A stretch of 64,000 bases of DNA from Promethearchaeota archaeon. Lineage in GTDB: Archaea; Asgardarchaeota; Lokiarchaeia; Sigyniarchaeales; SOKP01. The notes beneath the pieces were generated by a model. It did not search any database. It saw only the letters and a program-made list of their open reading frames with translations, and was not told the DNA's origin. Below are positions 1 through 10,110 of this stretch, one piece after another (the stretch's first letter is position 1; the number at the start of each line of letters is the position of its first letter). Location of the stretch: positions 1-64,000 of the forward strand of contig JAUVXW010000014.1 in NCBI GenBank assembly GCA_030603385.1. Reading direction: 5' to 3'. Made by a program: the position numbers and the translations under genes.

Positions 1-462
1 TGTACAAGAAGCATTCGAAATGATTTTATGCTCGTTAGTTAATTTATCGTCATTACAACCTATTACAACGGTAAAATCAGGATTTACCGCAGGTGCACTA
101 ATTAAAACTTTCTTAGCTCCAGCTTCTAAATGCTTTGCGGCACCCTCTCTTTTCGTAAAGAATCCAGTGGACTCGAGAGCAACGTCAATATTATTATTTG
201 CATGCGGTAAGTTTGCTGGATCTCGTTCTGCAGTGATTGGAATTTCCTTCCCATTTATTACCAAAGATTTTTCCTTAGCCTCGATAGTACCTTTAAACTT
301 ACCAAAAACAGTATCATATTTTAAGACATAAGCTAAGTATTTTGGTTCAAATAAGTCATTAATTGAGACGACTTCGATATCATTAGGATACTTTTCAGAC
401 AACGCTCTAAAGAAGTTCCGTCCAATACGCCCGAAACCATTTATCGCGACTCTTTTTGCCAT
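1..462 (-). CDS. gap: Type I (bacterial/eukaryal-type) glyceraldehyde-3-phosphate dehydrogenase, 5' part (runs off window)
   Basis: Manual translation from ATG 462: [15 protein letters not shown]...[10 protein letters not shown]...[10 protein letters not shown]...[11 protein letters not shown]...IISNASCT (catalytic Cys motif at the window edge). Missing from the ORF track. Confidence 0.95.
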   Translation of the reverse strand, partial: MAKRVAINGFGRIGRNFFRALSEKYPNDIEVVSINDLFEPKYLAYVLKYDTVFGKFKGTIEAKEKSLVINGKEIPITAERDPANLPHANNNIDVALESTGFFTKREGAAKHLEAGAKKVLISAPAVNPDFTVVIGCNDDKLTNEHKIISNASCT

Positions 463-534
463 TTGTTTTCACTTTGTTTATTTTTGATTTTAGTTCTTTT
501 TATTAGAAATAACAATCTAAATATGTGGTAGATA

Positions 535-564
535 GTTTTTTAATTTTTTAGTTTTGTATTTTTC
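535..564. repeat. Direct repeat copy 1 flanking the HEPN-MNT cassette
   Basis: GTTTTTTAATTTTTTAGTTTTGTATTTTTC; 29/30 identical to 1679-1708, with 23 nt exact (542-564 = 1686-1708). Confidence 0.75.
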
Positions 565-668
565 TACTTAATTAGATTAAATAAAATGAAAAACAATATA
601 AGAAGAAATATAATATTAAATGTCAAGGATTTAATTAATCAACGTTATTGTGTTTTAAATTTAAACGC

Positions 669-1190
669 ATGAAAACAAATTTTACACAAGCTAAAAGTTG
701 GATATTATCAGCAATTAATGATATAAATAGAGTCTTAAATAGCCTAAAAAGAAAGGATTTTGCAGATGTCGCTTTTAGAAGCCAGTTTGCAGTGGAAAAA
801 CTTAACAAGGCAGCCTTAAATCTCTTGGGAGTGAAGATTGAAAAGACACATACTCCTATAAAAATACTAAAATCAATTATTCTAGATGAAAAAACACTAG
901 ATAACGAAGAATCAACCAAAGAAAATCTCTTAAATATCATTAGTTATTCGGGTTTATTTGAAGATGAAGGCGTTAAAACTAGATATGGAATTTTTAAAGA
1001 AGAAGTGTTAATGATTCCCGAACAGATTTACACTTCCTTTGAAAATATTAGGCAATTTATTTTAAATCTTCAAAAAATTGTTGATCTTTATCTGATTCTT
1101 TGGAATGAAACTTTCAATATCAACGAGATTGAATTTAAAGAATTAAAAGAATTGAAAAAATTAAATAAGAAGTTAAGGAAATGGATATAG
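669..1190 (+). CDS. HEPN domain protein (toxin-like)
   Basis: AKSWI..A..D, F.SQFAVEKLNKA, KTH and TRY motifs of HEPN; overlaps the MNT gene. ATG 669 preferred over 648. Confidence 0.85.
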   Translation: MKTNFTQAKSWILSAINDINRVLNSLKRKDFADVAFRSQFAVEKLNKAALNLLGVKIEKTHTPIKILKSIILDEKTLDNEESTKENLLNIISYSGLFEDEGVKTRYGIFKEEVLMIPEQIYTSFENIRQFILNLQKIVDLYLILWNETFNINEIEFKELKELKKLNKKLRKWI

Positions 1191-1669
1191 ATTTATCGTT
1201 TATTCAAAATGCAAATTTTTTACGAAGTATAAAGGAATATCTTGAGAAATTATTCCAATTAGATAGAAAAATTCAGGGTATTCTCTTATTTGGATCTTTA
1301 GCTAGAGGTGAAGCAATATATTCCGAAAGAGAGGTTAGCGACATCGATCTAATCGTAATTTTTTCTGATGGTGAACTCCCTAATGATCATATAGAAAGAT
1401 CTAAAACAAAGAGAGAATTAATGGATTTAGCACTTATAGGTTTTGATTCAATATGGATGACAAAAACAGAATTTGAAAAATCTGTACAGATTAAAATGGA
1501 TATCATTTTAAGTTGTTTAGATGAAGGTAAGATCTTATATGATCCAAATGAGTTGATAAAAAATCAAAAAAGTAAATTAATTCGAGAGCTAAAGGAAAAA
1601 GGCGTAAAAAAGCGAAAAAACTATTGGATATGGCCTTTAAAAAAAATAGGAGAAGAAATTGAATGGTAA
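1181..1669 (+). CDS. Minimal nucleotidyltransferase (MNT) antitoxin
   Basis: LFGSLARGE...SDIDLIVIF motif, GKILYD C-terminal motif. Confidence 0.9.
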   Translation: MDIDLSFIQNANFLRSIKEYLEKLFQLDRKIQGILLFGSLARGEAIYSEREVSDIDLIVIFSDGELPNDHIERSKTKRELMDLALIGFDSIWMTKTEFEKSVQIKMDIILSCLDEGKILYDPNELIKNQKSKLIRELKEKGVKKRKNYWIWPLKKIGEEIEW

Positions 1670-1678
1670 TTTTAAATT

Positions 1679-1708
1679 GTTTTTAAATTTTTTAGTTTTG
1701 TATTTTTC
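1679..1708. repeat. Direct repeat copy 2 flanking the HEPN-MNT cassette
   Basis: GTTTTTAAATTTTTTAGTTTTGTATTTTTC, matches 535-564. Confidence 0.75.
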
Positions 1709-1775
1709 CATATCTAAGAGTTAAACATTATTGATTTTTAATCCGTCTTTAAGAAAGAAAAAAAAATAGAAAAAG

Positions 1776-3296
1776 CTAGATTAAATCTAATGATTCAAAA
1801 ACAGCGCTAATTAATCTATTACCTCGAGTATCAGAGTGAAATTTATTTGCCGCAGTTTCTTGTAAGGTTTGATTTCTCATCTGATTCATTACATAACCAA
1901 TCCCAATTTTTGCATCTAGATCCATTGTTATAGCAGAACCACCAGCCCCTCCCCAAAAACATGTTCGTGGATTTGGACGTGGACGTTCTTTAGTTGGTAA
2001 AGCTACTCCCAGACCCCAACGAAGAGGATAGGCCATAACCAAGTCTCTACCATAAATTTGTTCTTCAAGAATCTTTTCTAATGTTTCTTGAGATATAAAT
2101 CTGATACCATCAAGCTCCCCTTCACATGCAATTATAGAAGCTATTTTTGTAACAGATCTCGCATTCCCATGACCATTGGCTGCGGGGATTTCTGCGGCTT
2201 GCCATTCGCGATCTCCAGAACGGTTTCGTATCCCCCCAGGTCCTAAAGCCAATTTAATACCTACAGGACCTAATCTCCGAGCCTCTTTAGCAACTAATTC
2301 AAAAAGTTTTTTAATTTGTTCGATATCTTCAGGTTTCCCCTCCATCTTCAAATTTTCAGAAATATAGTCTGGCTCTTCATTTATACTTGAAAATATCCAA
2401 TTCATTACTCCTGCTCGATCTTTTGAAGTGATAAATTTACAATCTGGTTTATCAATTTTTCCAACCGAAAACTGAATCTTTCCTTCCGAGATTGTCACAG
2501 CAAATTGATCTTCATCCCCATAATCAAGCATTACCTTTTTCTCTAAATTCTCAATTTCTTTCTTAATTATTTCCGAATTATTAGCTATATTAAATGCACC
2601 CCCCATAATAAGAGGTATCATACTCATAATAGGGAGACCTGGGATTAGTTTGGAAACACGTGGAACATATTCCTCTGCTAATCCAATGTGAAAATCTATA
2701 TTAAGAGGGTTAGCTATTTCTTCTTTGAAAAACGTTCCAAGTGTTTTTCCAGTAACTCTCCTTACTAATTCTCCTAGCAAATATCCATGGGTAATAGCAT
2801 GATAACCAGATTTAGTACCTGGTTCCCACCATGGTTTCTGAGCTGCTAAAAGGCTAGTAATTTTATCCCAATCATAATAAGCTCTCGAAGGGATTTCTTC
2901 TTCGATTCCTGCTAAACCTGAGGTATGGCTTAAGAGTTGTCGTACTAAAATATTTTCCTTTCCGTTTTGTGCAAACTCTGGCCAATATTTCGCAACTTTT
3001 TCATCCAAATCTAGGAGCCCTCGATCTACACACATCATCGTACAAAGCACGGTAGGAACTTTAGTTGTACTATAGACATTACAGATGGTATCTTTTTCCC
3101 AAGGTTGAGTTTTTTCTTTATCTTTGTACCCCCCCCATATATCAATTACATATTTGCCATTAATTGTTACAGCAAAAGTCGCACCAACTTCCATCCCTTC
3201 TTCAAAGTTTCTGTTAAAAGCATCTTTAACAGCCTCAAATCGAGGTTCGTAAAATCCTTTTATTTCAACTTTATCTGTCATAATTCTTAATTTCAC
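1776..3296 (-). CDS. Beta-lactamase-family serine hydrolase (family VIII esterase-like) with an inserted SCP2-like domain
   Basis: SxxK (STTK), LLSHTSGL, PWWEPGTKSGYHA, WGGAGGS; extra ~110 aa segment resembling SCP2. Likely start ATG 3281. Confidence 0.85.
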   Translation of the reverse strand: MKLRIMTDKVEIKGFYEPRFEAVKDAFNRNFEEGMEVGATFAVTINGKYVIDIWGGYKDKEKTQPWEKDTICNVYSTTKVPTVLCTMMCVDRGLLDLDEKVAKYWPEFAQNGKENILVRQLLSHTSGLAGIEEEIPSRAYYDWDKITSLLAAQKPWWEPGTKSGYHAITHGYLLGELVRRVTGKTLGTFFKEEIANPLNIDFHIGLAEEYVPRVSKLIPGLPIMSMIPLIMGGAFNIANNSEIIKKEIENLEKKVMLDYGDEDQFAVTISEGKIQFSVGKIDKPDCKFITSKDRAGVMNWIFSSINEEPDYISENLKMEGKPEDIEQIKKLFELVAKEARRLGPVGIKLALGPGGIRNRSGDREWQAAEIPAANGHGNARSVTKIASIIACEGELDGIRFISQETLEKILEEQIYGRDLVMAYPLRWGLGVALPTKERPRPNPRTCFWGGAGGSAITMDLDAKIGIGYVMNQMRNQTLQETAANKFHSDTRGNRLISAVFESLDLI

Positions 3297-3350
3297 TTTA
3301 ATCTATATAATTGTAATGAATTTTAAATTACATTTTGAGTTAAATATCTT

Positions 3351-4142
3351 ATGAGTGACCAAGAATTAATTTTGTATGATGTAAAAGGACGTATTGCTAC
3401 CATTACATTAAACAGACCAGATAAGGCGAATGCGTGTAATGTATCAATGTTAAGATTGATATATGAAAATCTCATTAATGCAGATGAAGACGAAAAGGTA
3501 AAATGTATTTTAATGAAAAGTACAGGGCAACGGTTTTTTTCAGCTGGTTACGACCTTAAGGAAATACAGGGCTCACCCGAAAAGGCAGTACAAATACAAG
3601 AATGGGGGAGAAAAGTCAACGAAACTATGGTTCTTATGAAAAAACCGATAATTGCTCAGGTGCAAGGAATTGCGGTTGGGTTTGGTGTTATGGTAATATT
3701 GGCGTGTGATTTAAAGATCTTTGCGGATCGCCCTAAAGAAGAATTATATTTCAGGCTACCCGAAATTGCAATTTCAGCATTTCCGCAAACAGGAGCAACT
3801 CTCCTACCATTATTAGCTTTTGGATTAAACTATGCAAAAACTTTACTTTATACTACTGATAAAGTTGGAATCGAAGAACTAAAAAACATAAACTTTCCTA
3901 CCAGAATTTTCCCTCTCGATCTATTAGAAACTGAAACCCTTTCTTTTGTAAAGCAATTAAGTAAATATCAGACAGAATTTCTATTTTTCATAAAATCTAT
4001 GTTAACAATCATGAATAAAAGTTACATTAAATCTTGCTTTGATTTAGAAGATGAATGCGGGAAAGTTGCTTATGCTACTGAGAAAAAATCCATGAAGGAA
4101 CTAGATGATTTTATAAAAGGATTATATATAAAATACACTTAA
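3351..4142 (+). CDS. Enoyl-CoA hydratase/isomerase family protein
   Basis: ATITLNRPDKANA, FFSAGYDLKE, KPIIAQVQGIAVGFG, F.LPE motifs. Confidence 0.9.
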   Translation: MSDQELILYDVKGRIATITLNRPDKANACNVSMLRLIYENLINADEDEKVKCILMKSTGQRFFSAGYDLKEIQGSPEKAVQIQEWGRKVNETMVLMKKPIIAQVQGIAVGFGVMVILACDLKIFADRPKEELYFRLPEIAISAFPQTGATLLPLLAFGLNYAKTLLYTTDKVGIEELKNINFPTRIFPLDLLETETLSFVKQLSKYQTEFLFFIKSMLTIMNKSYIKSCFDLEDECGKVAYATEKKSMKELDDFIKGLYIKYT

Positions 4143-4271
4143 CCATTTTTTCATAAATAGAAATTCTTTAACTTCGAGTCTTTTTTAGAATTTAATTAAT
4201 TTCTCTAAAAAAAATTCTTTTTAAATAAATAATCTTTATGACTACTTAAACTCATTAAAAGGTATTTAATT

Positions 4272-5192
4272 GTGGGATATATTTATAAACATGGTAAATT
4301 TAATGAAAACACCTGGCTTATTGATGCTGTTTACAAGAATAGTGAAGGAATTCAAGTAAGAAACGGTCATGCTGCTTATTTACTACAAACAGAAGACGGT
4401 GCTAACTGCTTAATTAATTCAGGTGCTCGAAGTGGTGCTCAAAGTATTTACAAAAAACTTAAGAGAATAGGAGCGTGGCCTTTGCAAAAACTAATTCTTA
4501 CGCATTCTCACTGGGATCACACTCAAGGAGTAATATATTTTCGAGAAAAGGTTGAAGAGGAAGGTATAGTCCCAATCGAGATTTTTGCTTCAGAGAAAGC
4601 CATTCCATATTTAAGGGATCAATCCTATAATATTTGCTTTGAAGCTGACACGTGGTATTCTGAGTTTCTTAACATAGAAGAAGTAAAACCCTTGAAGGGT
4701 AAAGAAAAAATATACCTAAGTGATGAATTTTCACTAGAAATTATTGAAACTCCAGGACACATGCCAGATCACATATCTGTATATGATGAGAAAAATAAAA
4801 GTGTATTCGTTGGTGATACTCCTGGGATGCATTGGTTCACTAACTTTTTTGTTTGCAACTCGAATTCTATATATTGGAAAAAAAAAGATTATCTCGAATC
4901 AATTGAAAAACTGAAATCACTTGATTTAGATTATCTCTGTATTGCTCATTTTGGAGTCCTTACTGAAAGTGATATTATACGTTTTTTAGATAATTCTATT
5001 TCGATGTAATATAATTGGATGGATTTTTTTGACCAAAATAATGAAAAACTTGATGATTCGGAGTTTTTAATAGATTTAATGTGGGAAACGCTATATAAGG
5101 ATTTTTTTGATATGCCCATTTTAAAAATAAGTTTAGAAAAGGCCGTATTAAACGCTATAAAGTATTATAAAGGACTTCAGAATAGAAGTTAA
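4272..5192 (+). pseudogene. MBL-fold metallo-hydrolase with a premature TAA at 5007-5009
   Basis: THSHWDH, ETPGH, GD and H motifs. The same frame stays open for 60 more codons after the TAA (YNWMDFFDQNNEKLDDSEFLIDLMWETLY...) to TAA 5190-5192. Confidence 0.7.
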
Positions 5193-5231
5193 AGATAAAT
5201 TTGTTAGACTAATCACTTAAAATCATATTTA

Positions 5232-5744
5232 TTAGTTAGTAGTATCTGTCGATTCCAAATATGGAAGAATTTTTATCTTCATCGAAGTTCCGGTGGCTTT
5301 AATCAATTTTTGGAATTCAGAACCAGGAATTTGTAAAGTTTCAGTATTAACGTTTGGATGACAACAAATCTCTTTCGCATTCCATATTTCTTCATCAACT
5401 ATGAATATGACCTTATCATTAGTATCATTAACTAATCCAATCGGGGATACTGCACCTGCTGTAATACCTAATATTTCAGAGAGAACTTCGGGTTCAGCAA
5501 AACGGATTTTTGGAGCACTTATCATCCTACGGAATTGATTTAAATCTAAACGTTTATCATGAGGTATAGTTACCAGATATAATTGTCCTGATTTCTTATT
5601 CTTTAGAAATAAGTTCTTACAATGAGTTCCCGGGATATGACCACAATGTATTTTCGCTTCAGGTACCGTAAAAACAGCGGGATGAGTATGTAAGAAATAA
5701 TAAATATTATGATCTGCTAACCATTGTTTTAAGGATTCTTTCAT
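5232..5744 (-). CDS. YbaK/ProX prolyl-tRNA editing domain protein (ProXp-ala type)
   Basis: HPAVFTV, HCKNLFLK, LGITAGAVSPIGL, HPNVNTET motifs. Confidence 0.9.
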   Translation of the reverse strand: MKESLKQWLADHNIYYFLHTHPAVFTVPEAKIHCGHIPGTHCKNLFLKNKKSGQLYLVTIPHDKRLDLNQFRRMISAPKIRFAEPEVLSEILGITAGAVSPIGLVNDTNDKVIFIVDEEIWNAKEICCHPNVNTETLQIPGSEFQKLIKATGTSMKIKILPYLESTDTTN

Positions 5745-5842
5745 ATTTCACTCACATAATTATGCTCATTGCATTGAAAATTATTTATTAAAAACGAAAA
5801 CTAATAATAAAGAATTAAGCAAAAAAATAGAATTAAGTGAAA

Positions 5843-6613
5843 TTAAGATTCTTCTTCCGTTTCCTCTCTACCAAGTAGTCTAATAACAGCATCAGCGAGT
5901 TTATTTTGGCTACGGCTTAAAATTCCTTTTATTTTGCCCTCCTTTCCAAGAACTCTTAGCATGATGCCATCCCAAACAGATGAAGGATCTCCTTTTATAT
6001 TTTTAAATCTATCTCGGTGGATTTCAACACTTATATTATCATAATTCTGAGCAGCTTCGCTACATTTGAAACATAAGATACACTTATCTCTATCAACTTC
6101 AATTTCTTTACCTTTTCGTTCCATCGCACTTACAGCGCATTCATCGCAAAAGGCATCCAACTTTTTAGTATCCTTCTCAGTACTAGTAATAGTTATGGAA
6201 CCTTCTACAACTTTACGAACTTTTTGTCCATTCTCCAGTGTACGAACTTCTTCGTCAAATTCTGGGAGAGATCCATTTTCTACTAATAGGAGTTTTTTTT
6301 CTCCATTAATAAATAGTTCCAAGGTATATCCTGGGCAAATCCAAGTGCAACTTCCACAAAAACTACACTTATCAGTATCAACAACAATTTTTTTATCTGA
6401 TTCAATCCCCATTTCTTTAGGTGTACCAATAGCAGTTCTTTTATAAACTTCATCATAGATAGATACAGTAACAGGGCATACACGGTGGCAGAAGCCACAT
6501 TCTAAGCATTTACTCTCGTCGTACTTAAGAACCATTACGTGGTTGAGCATTTTGAACTGATAATCGGTTATATTCTCGTCTACCTTAATTGCTTTCTTAG
6601 ATGGGAGCGACAT
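5843..6613 (-). CDS. Polyferredoxin, FwdF-like 4Fe-4S protein
   Basis: CLECGFCHRVCP, CSFCGSCTWICP, partial CDEC and CILCFKC motifs. Confidence 0.75.
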   Translation of the reverse strand: MSLPSKKAIKVDENITDYQFKMLNHVMVLKYDESKCLECGFCHRVCPVTVSIYDEVYKRTAIGTPKEMGIESDKKIVVDTDKCSFCGSCTWICPGYTLELFINGEKKLLLVENGSLPEFDEEVRTLENGQKVRKVVEGSITITSTEKDTKKLDAFCDECAVSAMERKGKEIEVDRDKCILCFKCSEAAQNYDNISVEIHRDRFKNIKGDPSSVWDGIMLRVLGKEGKIKGILSRSQNKLADAVIRLLGREETEEES

Positions 6614-6731
6614 GATTTCTCTTATTTGATTTAAATTTTAAATTAATTATTTATAATTCATGCAAGATAATAAAAGTTACAATTTAAAACAAAACAATAT
6701 CTTTGATGCTATACACTATTAAAAAGAAAAT

Positions 6732-7391
6732 TCAGCCATAGAATATTTGGTAGAATTCGTTATATAGTTCAGCAAGTTTAGAAATTTGCTGAGTATTGTT
6801 TTGCTGTAATGCATAAGAAATATATCCCGCTAATCCTTGAGGGTTGTTAATCCATTGTAAGAAGCCCTCAATTTCAGCTTTAAGAGAAGGTTCTATTGGC
6901 GGTTGTTGTACAAGAACACTAGAGGAATTATATCCTGTTGGGGTTTCTACTACATTAGTCTCGCTTACTCCTGATAAATCGACTTTTGTTTCTATAAATT
7001 TCGATTCTGATTTCTTTTTCATCATAGCGACAGCTCTGGCTACAGCAGGATATGCCATATGAAACCATTCCTTTGCTTTTGGTTTGATATGGGCAATGAA
7101 AAGCGTATCTCCTTCAGGAGTGGAAGCACCAATTAAATGACCCTTGTTTTTTCGATTAGTTGCTATAAATCTTTCTGGTTCCATTTGTAAAATTGAGTAT
7201 CTAATACCATCAAGAGTTACAAATTGAGCATTTCCACTAGTCCAATTAGCGAGAACACCTTTTATATCTCTCTTAACATCCCACTTACCTCTTGAATGTA
7301 ATACTTTTCCTGCTCTATCTACAACCGCAACTTGGGATGCATCAGGATAGTGTTTCTGCAATTTATCAACAATTGATTTGATATTTACCAT
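6732..7391 (-). CDS. Asgard profilin-like protein with a C-terminal extension
   Basis: N-terminal ~127 aa follows the Lokiarchaeal profilin pattern (VAVVD..G......W, ..L.GIRY.I....ER...TN...KGH), then a low-complexity linker and a ~55-aa helical domain. Confidence 0.7.
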   Translation of the reverse strand: MVNIKSIVDKLQKHYPDASQVAVVDRAGKVLHSRGKWDVKRDIKGVLANWTSGNAQFVTLDGIRYSILQMEPERFIATNRKNKGHLIGASTPEGDTLFIAHIKPKAKEWFHMAYPAVARAVAMMKKKSESKFIETKVDLSGVSETNVVETPTGYNSSSVLVQQPPIEPSLKAEIEGFLQWINNPQGLAGYISYALQQNNTQQISKLAELYNEFYQIFYG

Positions 7392-7415
7392 AATTAGAGC
7401 TTTATTTTATAACTT

Positions 7416-8801
7416 TCATAATTTATCAGAATGTTCTACTGTAATTTTTACCCATTTATCAATTTCTTCAAGAATTTCAGTCTTTTCTCTCAGACTTAAC
7501 CCAATATTAGGTTTTGTTCGTTCATAAATATTTGAATATTTGCTAAGATCCCATAAATAATTTTCGTGAAGTATTTTCTTTTTGATATTATTTCTTGCTA
7601 TATCAAACGCTTTTCCAATTGTAGTTATGTCATAATTTTCTTCAACAATCTTTTTTAATGTCATAAGAATTTCTAAGGTATTATCATGAGGTATATATGG
7701 AAGAGGTTTAATCTCTACAAAAGGGCGTTTCATGGTTCTAAGTTCAAATCCTTCTTCTTTTTTTTGGAATTTCAAGACTTCTGGTTTTTCAAGCATTTCT
7801 TTTTTATCAGGTTGATAAAGTCTGGTTTTTTCCTGGATAATACTGCTTTCCAATTGTTCTCTTGTTTGTCTTTTAAGTTGTGTTGGCCATTCTTTAAAAG
7901 AATTCATTCTACTTTCAGCAGAGATGAAAATTGATTCTTTTGGCATTTTTTTATCCATTCGATCATCCTCAAGATTAAATGAAAATGATTTAGATGTTCT
8001 AAGTAAAGGGGATGAATTTTCAATTATTGAAAAGAGAAACATAGGATCATAATGAATCGAAGAATAGAGAATTTTCAATTTTATAATGGATTCTTTAATC
8101 TTTTTCAATTCGGATAGAGTGAAGTTCTCATTTAAAATTTTATCTGCTCCAAAATTAATTCCAAATAGCCCAGCAGTAGAATTTAAATACGCAGTTTTAG
8201 GTTCGTATTCCATATCTCCTGAAATCAATATTTTGTTGTAGAAATCCCAATGAGTACTTAACAACATGTGTCCACTTCTATTTAATTGAAAAGATTGTGG
8301 CTCACGGATTGTTTCCATAAACTCTAAAAAGATGTCTTTATAAGGAATGAATAGGTTTCTCATTAGAGTGCCTTGTATAAAGGTTATTTTATTTTCTGAT
8401 TTGAACGACATATCTATTGGTAATTTGAATAATTTTTCACCGATTATGACATCTCGATCATTTTCTAAAGTAATGTTTTTTGAGGTTGCTAAATGATCAT
8501 AGACAAAATCAGGTAAAATCAAACCTGTTAATTGTCGATTATCTGTAATATATATTCCAGATTGTAATTCAAACTTTACATAATAATATCCCAACCCAAA
8601 TAAAAAGTAAAGTGTTCCTCTTTCTGTAGAAAGGGCACATTCAGTTCCACCTAAAAAAATAACAAGATCTTGAGAAATTTTCGAAATATTATGATTAGCA
8701 TAATTTCCGAATGTGGGGTAACCTAGTAAATCACCCCAACTTGGGATCACAAAGAAAATGTTATTTTTTACTATTTTCTTTTCAAGGAGATGCATTGACA
8801 T
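7416..8801 (-). CDS. Hypothetical protein, probably co-transcribed with the profilin-like gene
   Basis: 461-aa ORF ending 24 nt upstream of the profilin-like start; no family recognised. Confidence 0.7.
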   Translation of the reverse strand: MSMHLLEKKIVKNNIFFVIPSWGDLLGYPTFGNYANHNISKISQDLVIFLGGTECALSTERGTLYFLFGLGYYYVKFELQSGIYITDNRQLTGLILPDFVYDHLATSKNITLENDRDVIIGEKLFKLPIDMSFKSENKITFIQGTLMRNLFIPYKDIFLEFMETIREPQSFQLNRSGHMLLSTHWDFYNKILISGDMEYEPKTAYLNSTAGLFGINFGADKILNENFTLSELKKIKESIIKLKILYSSIHYDPMFLFSIIENSSPLLRTSKSFSFNLEDDRMDKKMPKESIFISAESRMNSFKEWPTQLKRQTREQLESSIIQEKTRLYQPDKKEMLEKPEVLKFQKKEEGFELRTMKRPFVEIKPLPYIPHDNTLEILMTLKKIVEENYDITTIGKAFDIARNNIKKKILHENYLWDLSKYSNIYERTKPNIGLSLREKTEILEEIDKWVKITVEHSDKL

Positions 8802-9460
8802 ATTCTAACAAACCTAATGAATTTCAAATTGAATTCCTTGCTAATATAAAATTTTAATTTTATCATATTTAATTTTTACTTGAATTTCCTTCATTTTTGT
8901 AATATATTAAATTAGAAATAGGTTTATTAGATGTGAATATATAAAAAAGTAATACTATTTTTTGCTGTAATCTAAAATCTAAAAAAATTGATATAAAAAA
9001 ATATTATATTTATGTAAAAAACACTCTTTTTTATAACAGAGGTAAGATTTTGTATTTAAATCTTTATTTTAACAAAGATTTTAATCTTATAGTTTTGACA
9101 AAGGGTATAATAGAATATTTACCTATTAATTATGTTATCATTTTTTTTTGAAATTTGAATTTAACATTTGTTGAGTATAGTTCAAGAATATAGCAATCAT
9201 CATTGTAGCTTGGTTATCAATTATCGTGAAATTAGTTTCTACCATTATTCATACCTCTGATACATCATTGAAATATGTGCAAATTTTGCTTTTTTTGGTA
9301 AAATCTGCATCATTTTTATAATTTATAATAATTTTTGTATATAAATCTTTTTTGAAAAACATAGTTCGTTCGTTATAATCAAACAAAAAAAGATGAATTT
9401 TTCAGCTTTAAGAAATAAAAAGTTAAACTATTAAATTCAAATTAATTAGCATTAAGAATA

Positions 9461-10072
9461 ATGTCAGAGAAAAATAAAGATCAGAAAAACAAGAAAATAT
9501 TAGACGCTGAGGAATTTTATCAAAAGGGGTTAGCCTGCGGACAAAATTCTGATGCTGATGGAGCGATTGAGAGTTGGCAAAAAACTGTAGAGCTCAATCC
9601 CGACCATTTTGAAGCATGGTATAATCTGGGTAATGCTTATGATATAGGGAAAGGGGATATTGATAAGGCTTTTGAGTGCTGGAACAAGGCATTAGAGATT
9701 AAACCAAATGATATCGATGTAATGTATAACATGGGTAATGCCTGCAGAGAGAACGGTGACCAGGATCGAGCAGTGAAATATTACAAAAAAGTTGTGGAAT
9801 TATCTCCGGATGATCATGAAGCATGGAATAATATGGCTAATAGCTATTCAATGAAAGGTGAAGCTGCTAAAGCAATTGAATTTTGGAAGAAAGCACTGGA
9901 AATAAAACCTGATAAATATGAAACATGGTATAATTTAGGTCTTAAATATAGAGAATTAAGAGAATTTGATCTGGCGATAGATTGTTGTCAAAAAATCCTT
10001 GAGAAATACCCAGACTCCTATGAAGTGAAACGTTTATTAAACACAATCAATAGTGAGAAAGACTCTGATTGA
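9461..10072 (+). CDS. Tetratricopeptide repeat protein
   Basis: About five 34-aa repeats (AWYNLGNAY...A..C.NKALEIKP). Confidence 0.95.
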   Translation: MSEKNKDQKNKKILDAEEFYQKGLACGQNSDADGAIESWQKTVELNPDHFEAWYNLGNAYDIGKGDIDKAFECWNKALEIKPNDIDVMYNMGNACRENGDQDRAVKYYKKVVELSPDDHEAWNNMANSYSMKGEAAKAIEFWKKALEIKPDKYETWYNLGLKYRELREFDLAIDCCQKILEKYPDSYEVKRLLNTINSEKDSD

Positions 10073-10110
10073 GAACAATAAAAAATAGTTGTAATGTCAA
10101 TAAAATAATA

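Noticed and set aside
20-331. Plus-strand 103-aa ORF, and the many other short ORFs overlapping long genes on the opposite strand (e.g. 6066-6446, 19205-19756, 25410-25853, 61764-62120)
   Set aside because: Antisense shadows of well-supported genes, with no recognisable motifs.
5007-5009. Stop-codon recoding in the MBL hydrolase or the HEPN gene (29305-29307)
   Set aside because: Both stops are TAA, which is not used for Sec or Pyl; simple mutation or sequencing error is more likely.
8802-9460. 660-nt AT-rich intergenic region as an ncRNA or decayed gene
   Set aside because: Short stop-riddled frames and no stable structure or repeat that I can support.
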